Assembly (NCBI GenBank): GCA_017942005.1
Contig: JAGAVJ010000003.1
Coordinates: 101,700-165,699, forward strand
Source of the DNA: Clostridia bacterium
GTDB lineage: Bacteria > Bacillota > Clostridia > Oscillospirales > CAG-272
Length of the DNA: 64,000 nucleotides
Reading direction: 5' to 3'
A program made the translations under genes and the position numbers. Below the pieces are notes generated by a model. That model was not told the DNA's origin, ran no database searches, and was given only the letters and a program-made list of their open reading frames with translations. Below, piece after piece: positions 10,701-18,690 of the stretch. Numbering within the stretch: the first letter of the stretch is position 1; every line of letters begins with the position of its first letter.

Positions 10701-11162
10701 ATCTTCGGTCTTGCTGTCCTCTGTGCGTGTATCTGGCTTTTGAAACGGTTTTTCACCTCCCGCGCCGAAATGCGCTATCAGCATGAGACGCTTCTGCGCG
10801 ATGCAAAACGGCAGCTGACCGCCGAAAACGAACGCGGCAAAGCGGCGTCGGCGCTTTATGACAGTATGCGGCGGCTGACCGCAGTGTTTGGTGTAAAACC
10901 GATGAAAGGCGAAACGCCTGCGGCATTTGCAGAACGGCTGGACTGCCGCTTCCGGCTGCACAGTGCAGAGGGGGAGGACACACCAAACGGTGCCGGTGCG
11001 GTACTCTCCATCATCGAAAAGAACGAGTTCGGTACTGCGGTTCTGACAGGAGAGGAGCTTGCAGCCCTCGCTGAATATATCCTGCGTTTAGAGGATGCAG
11101 TCAAAGCGGAAGCCGGTGTTCTGACCATGTTCCGTATCCGGTACATCATGGGATTATTGTGA
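7737..11162 (+). CDS. large membrane transglutaminase-like protein (TgpA-like)
   Basis: TTG start after AAGGGAGA. Multi-TM N-terminus. Transglutaminase core EGYCVQYATAATLLLRSLGVPTRYVEGY...NAHAWCEIYLPYYGW. A TM helix and tail follow. Confidence 0.85.
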   Translation: MVLHSKQKTKKIASEIKSPDAAISNRREENRRFLNPGEQQLSGTWMTYAGLLLRLVPSFCLVFGLYLFTDNAFGMQTDRVFIGIAIFFTLLLVSVMCWNRIVRILGILLLSGGVAAFFGYAAAHGVLPHTVLWTLLRSLYNSAISHMMTVGYGVLYVFKAESPLSAEAELLYGQLAFFLLQLFFSALCAACSAKRVHVWPIAAVTAIDFTLVFLYNISTSKWGLAFAVAGICGLLCLWGGDRLTRKAAETSLDIAASDSPKEAEAAALPKSKKGSIRKSSAALGYSAVFCTALALFAAALPASQVKNSWKTYDTIDTVMETIRSYEMALITGEDMQIADLGLTGAAEILNARSAIATPRSFTGKTVLEVQSNLTQPIYLRSWISSAYKDDLWHVADETTRDAFDQMFSDDFRAEDITYRFYRNLNPRLVRFNSRTSYANHEEDGFMTTLVSLRNMGVAGNILFLPSRFDSARSLLAYGSLDEPYTKKWINYFDGIAYSRAFHKGARYSAVTNIPLYKDEGWMQSLNKKLAAYHDIMAAFLENRWNSGSEDDLSAALERQHAFCTLHHDSLDRFADYHAALSEEEKSLFSEELFEVYQYHNYIMDEGRYTSLTEDEALNRKLRALALQIVFDAPLPDTGLTVVQEGEGDTESVTDMTDIIAEELSSLTVGDLVYGIAATDAGNLYIIDRNGISEIGTADIGFPADETVVLIYGITEETFHNREIQALRPYDVTIGTVYRTDANRDEQAYTDAAALDALEEKVKAFAAQPILTKTEIRGDDGSLSDIEYRVTEGCESLFYQQLKYNIYSVSNSDIESFYYTAFAQRIAEYLSKNMTYTLNPTLEGMVDGMSAAERFLFVTKEGYCVQYATAATLLLRSLGVPTRYVEGYIAPKFVRNRNENRVGNYICEVKDSNAHAWCEIYLPYYGWLTTEVTTPYYSDLYDPYETIDYTTSFRESSGDGSASEITEETEEEDDEETLWDVWGPTVCMCIFGLAVLCACIWLLKRFFTSRAEMRYQHETLLRDAKRQLTAENERGKAASALYDSMRRLTAVFGVKPMKGETPAAFAERLDCRFRLHSAEGEDTPNGAGAVLSIIEKNEFGTAVLTGEELAALAEYILRLEDAVKAEAGVLTMFRIRYIMGLL

Positions 11163-11192
11163 TCGTCACATAACACAGCTATCATAGATAAA

Positions 11193-11488
11193 ACGTAAGT
11201 CCGATGAATTTCATGGCGAAAGCTTTCCCCATTCCCCTTACCCCTATCAAAAAACATTAAACTGGGTAAACCAAGAAAAATTCGTGTATTTTTGATTCAT
11301 TCCGCATGATATTTTGGTTAAAAGTTTTTGCGGAGGAGTTTGACGGGCTGTCGCATTTACATGTCTCCTCACGACTGTCGCATGCGACAGTCTGTAAAAT
11401 TCGCCTTTTCGCTTTTCCAAGCGAAAAGGCGAATTCGGATCACTTCGTGATCCCGGGCTGTTGCAAGTTTTCAACTTGCAACAGCCCC
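11193..11488. mobile_element. MITE-like element (copy 3) carrying a nested multi-hairpin cassette
   Basis: Left end AACGTAAGTCCGAT. AAAAGTTTTTGCGGAGGAGTTTG block. Cassette 11345-11488 contains GACTGTCGCATGCGACAGTC, AATTCGCCTTTTCGC...GCGAAAAGGCGAATT, GGATCACTTCGTGATCC and GGGCTGTTGCAAG...CTTGCAACAGCCC. Confidence 0.65.
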
Positions 11489-11542
11489 TCATAAAACTCC
11501 CATTACTATACAACATCGTCAAGAGAAAGGAATCCCCCCATT

Positions 11543-12658
11543 ATGCAGTATAAAATTACTACACTTTCCAATCAATGCTTTGGTCTTGGGCATTATGCCT
11601 GCAACGAAACAAACGACCAAATCGGTACAGGAAAAATTTTTGTCCCCGTTTCCGCCAAAGACGGCGACTATGCATTGTATTCCGAGGACAGCGGCAAAAC
11701 ATTTGTCAAAATGGAATTTGACAAAGACAAAAAACAGGTGTCGCTCCCCTTTATCCGTCTTGCAGACGGAACCTTTATCGCAATGGGCTTTGAAAACGCC
11801 GCGTATGGTCTCCTGTTTCAAACAGAACAGGAAAAAATCCCATACTGTGCAGCCATATACCGCGCCGCATCCATCGACGATATCATTCAGGGCAAGATAG
11901 AAACCTCTCTTGCGCTGATCGATATTCCGGGTCTTTCCTGCGGCTATGGCGATTCCGGAAACGGATGCGCCGGATGCGTTGATTATCTCTACCAGATGTC
12001 AAACGGCGACATCATTGCCATGATGTACGGACAGTTCAAAGACGATAAGATTCTGTGTCCGTACTTTGATCAGAACTGCGGCTACAAATTCTATCTGTAC
12101 CGCGTATGGACCGTGGTATCTCATGATATGGGACACACATGGGAGTTCGGCACCACCGTGGCAGACTGCAACACCTATCCGATTGCCGATGTCAATGCGG
12201 AAGGCTATTGCGAGCCGTTTTGTCTGGAAGTGGAACCGGGACATCTGTGTGCCATTCTCCGTACCGGCGGTCATGAGGTCGTATCGCCGTTGTACTGCAC
12301 CCATTCCTATGACTACGGAAAAACATGGGAGGCGCCCTATGAAATCTGCGCATGGGGCGTTCTTCCAAAACTGCTCATGATGAAAAACGGAACACTGGTA
12401 TGCGCAAGCGGTCATGAACACAATTTCCTTCTGTTTTCGGACGATTTTGGAAAAACATGGAGTGAACCCTATATCGTAGAAGAATGCTACGGAAAATGGG
12501 GCAACAGTCCCTCCGGCTACAACACGATTGTGGAAAGTGCGCCGGGCGAGATCACCATGATCTTCGACGACCCCAAGGAGCAGATTGCCCAAAATGCACC
12601 GGAAGGCTATAAACGACAGATTTACGTGCGTACCCTTCGGATTGAGAAACAGGAATAG
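11543..12658 (+). CDS. BNR/Asp-box repeat protein (sialidase-like beta-propeller), no signal peptide seen
   Basis: Repeated SxDxGxTW boxes: SEDSGKTF, SHDMGHTWE, SYDYGKTWE, SDDFGKTWS. Confidence 0.7.
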   Translation: MQYKITTLSNQCFGLGHYACNETNDQIGTGKIFVPVSAKDGDYALYSEDSGKTFVKMEFDKDKKQVSLPFIRLADGTFIAMGFENAAYGLLFQTEQEKIPYCAAIYRAASIDDIIQGKIETSLALIDIPGLSCGYGDSGNGCAGCVDYLYQMSNGDIIAMMYGQFKDDKILCPYFDQNCGYKFYLYRVWTVVSHDMGHTWEFGTTVADCNTYPIADVNAEGYCEPFCLEVEPGHLCAILRTGGHEVVSPLYCTHSYDYGKTWEAPYEICAWGVLPKLLMMKNGTLVCASGHEHNFLLFSDDFGKTWSEPYIVEECYGKWGNSPSGYNTIVESAPGEITMIFDDPKEQIAQNAPEGYKRQIYVRTLRIEKQE

Positions 12659-12661
12659 TGA

Positions 12662-12808
12662 TTACGTTTTTCACAAAAGATTTTAACGCAATCAATTTTT
12701 CTCCCGCTTGCAGGATTAACGCAATTAGCGCTGCTGTATCTCAACGGCAACTCCATTGCCGACATCACACCGCTGATAGTTCTCATAAGCTGTTTTATAT
12801 ATCAATAG
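12662..12808 (+). pseudogene. leucine-rich-repeat remnant, in frame behind the TAG-TGA stops of the BNR gene
   Basis: Translates to ...LTQSIFLPLAGLTQLALLYLNGNSIADITPL..., which matches the LRR pattern LxxLxLxxNxIxDIxPL. No start codon or RBS. Confidence 0.35.
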
Positions 12809-12861
12809 CTTTCCCTGTGGCAGAGAACCGCAAAAGGAATTTTAAAATTCTGTAAAACATA

Positions 12862-12890
12862 TTGAAAAAACAGTAAATTTGTGATACAAT
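12862..12890 (+). promoter_or_regulatory. sigma-A-type promoter of the nfnAB-like operon
   Basis: TTGAAA (12862-12867), 17 nt spacer, TACAAT (12885-12890). Confidence 0.55.
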
Positions 12891-13030
12891 ATACTTTATA
12901 GATATACGATTCATTCCCAAAGCGGCGTTTGCTTTTGCAGGAAAAACAGAGAACGGTTTTCTTCCCGTTATAAAAATACTGCCGCAGAAAATGATTCTGT
13001 CTTTTATCATTCAAAAAGGGAGTTTTATAT

Positions 13031-13888
13031 ATGTATAAAATCATTCACAAAAAACCGTTGAATCTAACCGTCACAATGATGGACATTGAAGCCCCTCTTG
13101 TTGCGCGCAAGGCACAGCCGGGTCAGTTTATCATTCTGCGTGTGGACGCAGAGGGAGAACGCATTCCGCTGACCGTTGCCGGCTATGATCGCGAGAGCGG
13201 TACCGTGCGCATTATTTTCCAGATTGTCGGCGCAACTACGGCATGTCTCAATCAGAAAGAAGAAGGCGACTATATTGAGGACTTTGCAGGCCCTCTCGGA
13301 ACGCCCACAAAGCTGGACGGACTGAAAAAGGTCTGTATTGTCGGCGGCGGTGTCGGCTGTGCCATTGCGCTTCCGATTGCCCAGGCACTGCACGCACAGG
13401 GCTGCGACGTGACCTCCATCATTGGGTTCCGTTCCAAGGATCTTTTGATTCTGGAAGATGAATTCAAGGCGGCATCCGGCCGTCTTTATGTGATGACTGA
13501 CGATGGCAGCTACGGCAGAGAAGGCAACGTATGCGTGCCTCTGAACGAGCTGTTTGCCGCAGGTGAAACCTTTGATGAAGTCATCACCATCGGTCCGCTG
13601 ATCATGATGAAGTTTGTCGTTGCCGCAACCCGTCCGACCGGCATTCCCTGCACGGTTTCCATGAACCCGATTATGATCGACGGTACCGGCATGTGCGGCG
13701 GCTGCCGTTTGACGCTGCACGATGCGGACGGCAAGACCGTCACAAAATTCGCCTGTGTGGACGGTCCCGATTTTGACGGCTACGCGGTCGATTTTGACGA
13801 AGCCATGTCACGGGGTGCGATGTACCGCGATTTTGAGCGTCATGCATACGAGAAAACCTGCAATCTGTTTCATAAGGAGGTAAAGTGA
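13031..13888 (+). CDS. nfnA: ferredoxin-NADP+ reductase-like FAD/NAD-binding subunit (NfnA/SudB type)
   Basis: 285 aa. PGQFIILRV FAD-binding motif, GGGVGCA NAD-binding motif, C-terminal 2Fe-2S motif GMCGGCRL. Immediately followed by a GltD-like subunit. Confidence 0.75.
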   Translation: MYKIIHKKPLNLTVTMMDIEAPLVARKAQPGQFIILRVDAEGERIPLTVAGYDRESGTVRIIFQIVGATTACLNQKEEGDYIEDFAGPLGTPTKLDGLKKVCIVGGGVGCAIALPIAQALHAQGCDVTSIIGFRSKDLLILEDEFKAASGRLYVMTDDGSYGREGNVCVPLNELFAAGETFDEVITIGPLIMMKFVVAATRPTGIPCTVSMNPIMIDGTGMCGGCRLTLHDADGKTVTKFACVDGPDFDGYAVDFDEAMSRGAMYRDFERHAYEKTCNLFHKEVK

Positions 13889-13889
13889 G

Positions 13890-15305
13890 ATGCCGAACAT
13901 GAATCCCAAGAAAAACCCGATGCCGACCCAGGCACCGGAGGTTCGCGCCCATAATTTCAGCGAAGTGGCGTTAGGTTATGACGAAGCTGCGGCATTGGAT
14001 GAAGCGCTCCGCTGCTTAAACTGCAAAAACATGCCGTGTGTCAGCGCATGTCCGGTCAACATCCGCATTCCGGAGTTCATCGCAAAAATCAAGGAAGGCG
14101 ACTTTGAAGGCGCCTACCAGATCATCCACACCACCTCCTCCCTGCCTGCGGTCTGCGGCCGTGTTTGCCCGCAGGAAACCCAATGTGAATCAAAATGTGT
14201 CCGCGGAATCAAGGGCGAGCCGGTCGGCATTGGCAGACTGGAACGCTTTGTCGCCGACTGGCACAATGCACATACCGATACGGTACCCGCTGTTCCAGAG
14301 TCCAACGGTCACAAGGTAGCGGTTGTCGGCTCCGGTCCTTCCGGTCTGACCTGCGCAGGTGATCTTGCAAAGGCAGGCTACAAGGTTACCGTCTTTGAGG
14401 CGCTTCACACCGCCGGCGGCGTTCTGGTATACGGTATCCCCGAATTCCGTCTGCCAAAGTCGATTGTTGCAAAGGAAGTGGACAACCTGCGCGCAATGGG
14501 CGTCGATGTGGAAACCAACATCATCATCGGCAAAACCCTGACGGTTGACGAGCTGTTTGAAATGGGCTATGAAGCTGTCTTCATCGGTTCCGGCGCAGGA
14601 CTCCCGAACTTTATGGGCATTCCCGGCGAGTCGCTGAAGGGTGTCTATTCCGCAAACGAGTTTTTGACCCGTTCCAACCTGATGAAGGCATACAAGGAAG
14701 ACCCCGTCACCCCAATTATGAAGGGCGGAAATGTCGCTGTTGTCGGCGGCGGCAATGTGGCAATGGATGCTGCAAGAACCGCACTGCGTCTGGGCGCGGA
14801 GCATGTCTATATCGTCTACCGCCGCTCCATGGCAGAGCTTCCTGCACGGAAAGAAGAAGTCGAGCATGCAGAGGAGGAGGGAATTGAATTCCTCGTTCTC
14901 AACAACCCTGTAGAAATTCTCGGCTACCACAATCCGGACGACCGCCGCGATCCCAAAAACGGCTTTGTCACCGGCATGAAGTGTATCCGCATGGAGTTAG
15001 GTGAACCGGATGCGCGCGGCAGAAGACGTCCGATTCCCGTTCCGGACAGTGAATTCGTTCTCGATGTGGACACGGTCATCATGTCCATCGGCACTTCTCC
15101 CAACCCGCTGATCAAGTCCACAACAAAAGGTCTTGACGTCAACTCTCACGGCGGCATTATCGTGGAGGAAACCACCGGCGCAACCACAAAAGAGGGCGTT
15201 TACGCAGGCGGCGACGCGGTTACAGGCGCGGCAACCGTTATTTCCGCAATGGGTGCAGGCAAGACCGCTGCAAAGGCCATTGACGAATACTTAAAGAACA
15301 AATAA
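13890..15305 (+). CDS. nfnB: NADPH-dependent glutamate synthase small-chain-like oxidoreductase (NfnB/SudA type)
   Basis: 471 aa. Cys clusters CLNCKNMPCVSACP and CGRVCPQETQCESKC. GSGPSGL and GGGNVAMD dinucleotide folds. Confidence 0.8.
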   Translation: MPNMNPKKNPMPTQAPEVRAHNFSEVALGYDEAAALDEALRCLNCKNMPCVSACPVNIRIPEFIAKIKEGDFEGAYQIIHTTSSLPAVCGRVCPQETQCESKCVRGIKGEPVGIGRLERFVADWHNAHTDTVPAVPESNGHKVAVVGSGPSGLTCAGDLAKAGYKVTVFEALHTAGGVLVYGIPEFRLPKSIVAKEVDNLRAMGVDVETNIIIGKTLTVDELFEMGYEAVFIGSGAGLPNFMGIPGESLKGVYSANEFLTRSNLMKAYKEDPVTPIMKGGNVAVVGGGNVAMDAARTALRLGAEHVYIVYRRSMAELPARKEEVEHAEEEGIEFLVLNNPVEILGYHNPDDRRDPKNGFVTGMKCIRMELGEPDARGRRRPIPVPDSEFVLDVDTVIMSIGTSPNPLIKSTTKGLDVNSHGGIIVEETTGATTKEGVYAGGDAVTGAATVISAMGAGKTAAKAIDEYLKNK

Positions 15306-15316
15306 ACAATAGAGAA

Positions 15317-15385
15317 TACGATGAGGGGCACTTTTGAAAAAGTGCCCCTCAAACTCCCCTCAAAACTTTTTTGGGGAGGAATTAT
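15317..15385. repeat. palindromic unit of the repeat family
   Basis: ACGAT + GAGGGGCACTTTTGAAAAAGTGCCCCTC + AAACTCCCCTCAAAACTTTTTTGGGG, 10 nt after the nfnB stop. Confidence 0.7.
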
Positions 15386-15389
15386 TATA

Positions 15390-15430
15390 GGGATGTTGCA
15401 AATTGAAAATTTGCGGCAGCCCTTTTTATT
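15390..15430 (+). terminator. Rho-independent terminator (GGGNTGYTGCAA hairpin family)
   Basis: GGGATGTTGCAAATTGAAAATTTGCGGCAGCCC followed by TTTTTATT. Sits between convergent nfnB and the DUF2812 gene. Confidence 0.6.
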
Positions 15431-15968
15431 CATAAATCTGCTTTTCCTGTTCAAGACGCTTTTTCTTTCGGCGCAGCTTAAAGTATCCTGCCGCAATGAT
15501 AATGCCAAACACGATGCAAATGCCGCCGCAGCCATAATTAAGCGGATATTTCAAGCCAAAGCCAATCATCAGATTTCCCACCCCCATGCAGAATTCCGCC
15601 ATCATGAGTGCAAACAGCGTCCAGAGAATTCTTGACAGGTGCGCGATTTTTGACGCATAATCGGAAAAAAGATCAAACGGTCCAGCCTCGGCACGGCGGC
15701 GCAGATACACCCAATTGCGGTAGCTTCCGACATATTCCGCGCCTGTTTCCTCAAGGAACTGCAAATACTTCACGCTTTCCGGATGACTTGGAGCGTTTTC
15801 CAGCAGCTCCAGGCGCACATAATAGGCGCCCGGTTCGGTTTCCTCAAATTCATATTTGCGGAAGCCTACCGAAACCAGCGCAAGCCCCTTTGCCGCGCAG
15901 GCGCCCAGCCATTGCTCCTCTCGATCAAAATTCCACATGGAAAAACTTTTTTTGATTGTAGTTCTCAT
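15426..15968 (-). CDS. DUF2812 domain membrane protein (PadR partner)
   Basis: Chosen ATG at 15968 overlaps the padR stop (ATGA). MWNFDREEQWLGACAAKGLALV...YEFEETEPGAYYVRLE is the typical DUF2812 N-terminus. C-terminal TM helices. Confidence 0.7.
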   Translation of the reverse strand: MRTTIKKSFSMWNFDREEQWLGACAAKGLALVSVGFRKYEFEETEPGAYYVRLELLENAPSHPESVKYLQFLEETGAEYVGSYRNWVYLRRRAEAGPFDLFSDYASKIAHLSRILWTLFALMMAEFCMGVGNLMIGFGLKYPLNYGCGGICIVFGIIIAAGYFKLRRKKKRLEQEKQIYE

Positions 15969-16330
15969 TGTATCCCTCCCCTCTGATGTGATGCTTCCTC
16001 TATTACAGATGAACCGACACGGACAAGCTCCGTCAGGCGTTCCACCTCCGCCGCAAGCGTTTTTTGTCCTTCGTCTGTAATCATGTATTCCTTTTTTCGG
16101 CTGTCCTTGTCTTTCTCTTTTTCTCTTCTTCCTTCTGTACAGGAAGTGGGTACTGCACGTATCCATCCCTTTTCAAGCAGGGTATTCAGCGCACCGTACA
16201 ATGTTCCCGCCGCAAGCTTCACCCTTCCGCCGGACAGACGCTCTGTATTCTGCATAATGCCATATCCATGCATGGGCTGGAGCAATGACAGCAGAATATA
16301 ATACACGCCTTCCGTTAATGCTGGCTGCAT
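15965..16330 (-). CDS. PadR-family transcriptional regulator
   Basis: ATG at 16330 after GGAGGAAGG. YYILLSLLQPMHGYGIMQNTERLSGGRVKLAAGTLYGALNTLLEKGWI is a PadR winged helix. Confidence 0.85.
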   Translation of the reverse strand: MQPALTEGVYYILLSLLQPMHGYGIMQNTERLSGGRVKLAAGTLYGALNTLLEKGWIRAVPTSCTEGRREKEKDKDSRKKEYMITDEGQKTLAAEVERLTELVRVGSSVIEEASHQRGGIQ

Positions 16331-16439
16331 GATCCTTCCTCCTTTTACATATCGCATCACGATATATCGTCGACCGTTGTATCGTGATATTATTATATCA
16401 TATGCCGATATATTTGTCAATAGGTACCGCAACAATTTT

Positions 16440-16656
16440 AACGTAAGTTCGATAGAATTCTCAGGGAAAACTTTTCCCCCAAAAAAGATTTTCCCCATAC
16501 CCTTTTCAAAAAACTTTATATGGAGAAATCAAACCAAAACTGTGCGTTTTTTTGCTTGATTTCTCCATATTTTATTGGTTTCTCTGTTTAAAAGTTTTTG
16601 CGGTGGAGTTTGAGGAGGTGCTTTTTTCAAAAAGCATCTCCTCATCGAACTCATGT
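16440..16656. mobile_element. MITE-like element (copy 5, most complete)
   Basis: Ends are AACGTAAGTTCGAT ... ATCGAACTCATGT (inverted). The internal block matches the 4.8 kb copy by eye over about 75 nt. Confidence 0.7.
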
Positions 16657-16805
16657 ATTTTCAAATCTGTGGCTTTTTGAGGAAAATCTATTGCAAATTC
16701 AAGCCGAATATGATACAATAAGGTGTAGCTTTCAGATAAATCATTGCAGCTGTCTGCAAATGAAAACGATATGCAATTCTTATAACCCTGGAAAGGAACC
16801 ATTTT

Positions 16806-18302
16806 ATGACGAAAAAACAGCCATCTATGCGCAGCCGCCTTTTCACCGCTGCATCCGCCCTTCTGCTTTTAGCAGCATTTTCCGCATGCGGAAACGATAC
16901 CGAAACCAATCCGTCCGACAGCAAAAATACAGGCACAGAAACCGCCGCAGAATCCGCTGCACCCACACCAGGCGACAACCATCCCGCATTGCAGCTGGAG
17001 GATCGGGACTTCGGCGGTGCGCCGTACCGCATCTCCTGCTATCAGGAGGCAGACTTGATTTCGCTTTATACCGACGCCACAAACGGAGAAGCTGTCAACG
17101 ATGCGATTTATGCGCGCAATTCCATGCTTGAGGAAAAATATAACTTTAAAATTAAAATCGACTCTACCGAGGATTACAGCGTACAAAATCAAAATGTTTC
17201 CACCTTGATTCTTGCCAACGATGACGCCTATGAGCTGATATACGGACACGTCGTTGCAACCTGCAACAACGCGATTTCTCATCTTTACAAGAATCTTTAC
17301 GAGGTTCCGTACCTTGACTTCACACAGCCGTGGTGGCCTGCACAGTCTGTAGAACAGATGACCGTCTATGATAAAATGTATACCATCTGTTCCGGCATCA
17401 ACTACCGTCAGCTTGCTGCATCCAAGGTACTGTTCTTCAACAAGGACCTTTTGACCGCACACGATCTGGAAACCCCTTATTCCTCCGTTCTGGACGGCAC
17501 CTGGACCATGGATCGTCTGATCGCCGCGACCAAGGGACTTTACCAGGATGTCAACGGCAACAGTGAGCGCGATCTTGACGATTTGTACGGCTTTACCTCC
17601 TACGCAACGCAGAACGGCTTCCTCCTCTCCTGCGACGCACAGATTCTTGCGCCGACCCCAGACGGCGGACGCGAAATTGCCGTCATGTCCGATAAGATGG
17701 TCAACCTTGTGGAAAAACTGTACGGCTGGTACTATGAATCCGGCGACGTCTTCCTTGCATCCTATGAAAGAGACAAACCGGACTTTATCGCTAATATTTT
17801 CGGCGGCGGACACGCGGTATACTCGTTCGGTCATCTGGAACAAGCGGTGGATTTCTACCGGAATTCGGATATCAAGTACGGCATTGCACCCATGCCAAAG
17901 TATGACGAAGCGCAAAGCTCCTACTATGTCTTTGCCTGCCCCTCCCTGTTCTCGATTCCGCAGACCTGTCAAAACGCCGAGCTTGCAGGCTTTGTCCTGG
18001 AAGCGATGACCTACTATGGCTACTATGACATCATTCCTGCGTACTACGAGCTGACCATGCAGGGCAAAATTGCCGATTCCAGCGATGACGTCGCAATGCT
18101 TGAAATCATCAACGACAATTTGACGGTTTCCTTTGCATACTGCTATGACAACTGGGAAGGCTTTGCGCATCTGCTTGGTTCCCGCATGAACTTCACGCAG
18201 AAAAAGGGCTCAAAGGACATGGCGTCAATGTACAAAAAGTACGAAAAAACCGCACAGCGTCGGCTTGACCTTGTACTGGACGGTTTTCGGGACATAGAGT
18301 AA
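16806..18302 (+). CDS. extracellular solute-binding lipoprotein (ABC-type, family 1), no adjacent permease genes
   Basis: Signal peptide plus lipobox LLLLAAFSACGN. Size of about 500 aa and composition are typical of sugar-binding SBPs. Confidence 0.7.
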   Translation: MTKKQPSMRSRLFTAASALLLLAAFSACGNDTETNPSDSKNTGTETAAESAAPTPGDNHPALQLEDRDFGGAPYRISCYQEADLISLYTDATNGEAVNDAIYARNSMLEEKYNFKIKIDSTEDYSVQNQNVSTLILANDDAYELIYGHVVATCNNAISHLYKNLYEVPYLDFTQPWWPAQSVEQMTVYDKMYTICSGINYRQLAASKVLFFNKDLLTAHDLETPYSSVLDGTWTMDRLIAATKGLYQDVNGNSERDLDDLYGFTSYATQNGFLLSCDAQILAPTPDGGREIAVMSDKMVNLVEKLYGWYYESGDVFLASYERDKPDFIANIFGGGHAVYSFGHLEQAVDFYRNSDIKYGIAPMPKYDEAQSSYYVFACPSLFSIPQTCQNAELAGFVLEAMTYYGYYDIIPAYYELTMQGKIADSSDDVAMLEIINDNLTVSFAYCYDNWEGFAHLLGSRMNFTQKKGSKDMASMYKKYEKTAQRRLDLVLDGFRDIE

Positions 18303-18402
18303 TGCCGCATTCTGTCGGATCATTTTTCCAAAGTTCTATACATTTGCTCACATATTTTTCATAATTCTGTGCTATACTATAGTTCGCAGGAGAACGTACA
18401 GC

Positions 18403-18436
18403 GGGGCTGCTGCAAGTTGAAAACTTGTGGCAGCCC
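18403..18436. repeat. GGGGCTGCTGCAAG...CTTGTGGCAGCCC hairpin module
   Basis: Same hairpin family as 4949, 11455, 15390, 24075 and 39811. Lies about 100 nt after the SBP stop. Confidence 0.6.
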
Positions 18437-18611
18437 GCAAGTTCACTCAAAATAAAGAGACAAATAAAAAGAATACCACACTTGACAGTTTGATTCTGCA
18501 CGCGCGGTACTCTTTTCTTATTCATATGACCATAACTTTCACGAAAGTGAAAGTTATCTCCTCTCATTGTGGAGTTGTGACCGCCCGCAGGCGGTTAAGT
18601 CACAAAACACG

Positions 18612-18635
18612 GTCTGAAAAATAAATTTTTCAGAC
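18612..18635 (-). terminator. candidate terminator hairpin downstream of spoVG
   Basis: GTCTGAAAAA-TAAA-TTTTTCAGAC. On the minus strand it is followed by CGTGTTTTG (interrupted U tract). Confidence 0.45.
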
Positions 18636-18690
18636 TTTGAGACTGTGTAAAAAAAACGTTTGGGATACACACAGAATGGAGACGAGATAT

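Noticed and set aside
16440-16455. tRNA-like T-loop (GTTCGAT) in the repeat termini
   Set aside because: There is no acceptor stem, anticodon arm or D-arm around it. The motif recurs as an inverted terminal repeat of the MITE-like family.
16869-18170. 433-aa ORF on the minus strand
   Set aside because: It is antisense to the solute-binding lipoprotein gene, which has a signal peptide/lipobox and a coherent composition. It is a shadow ORF.
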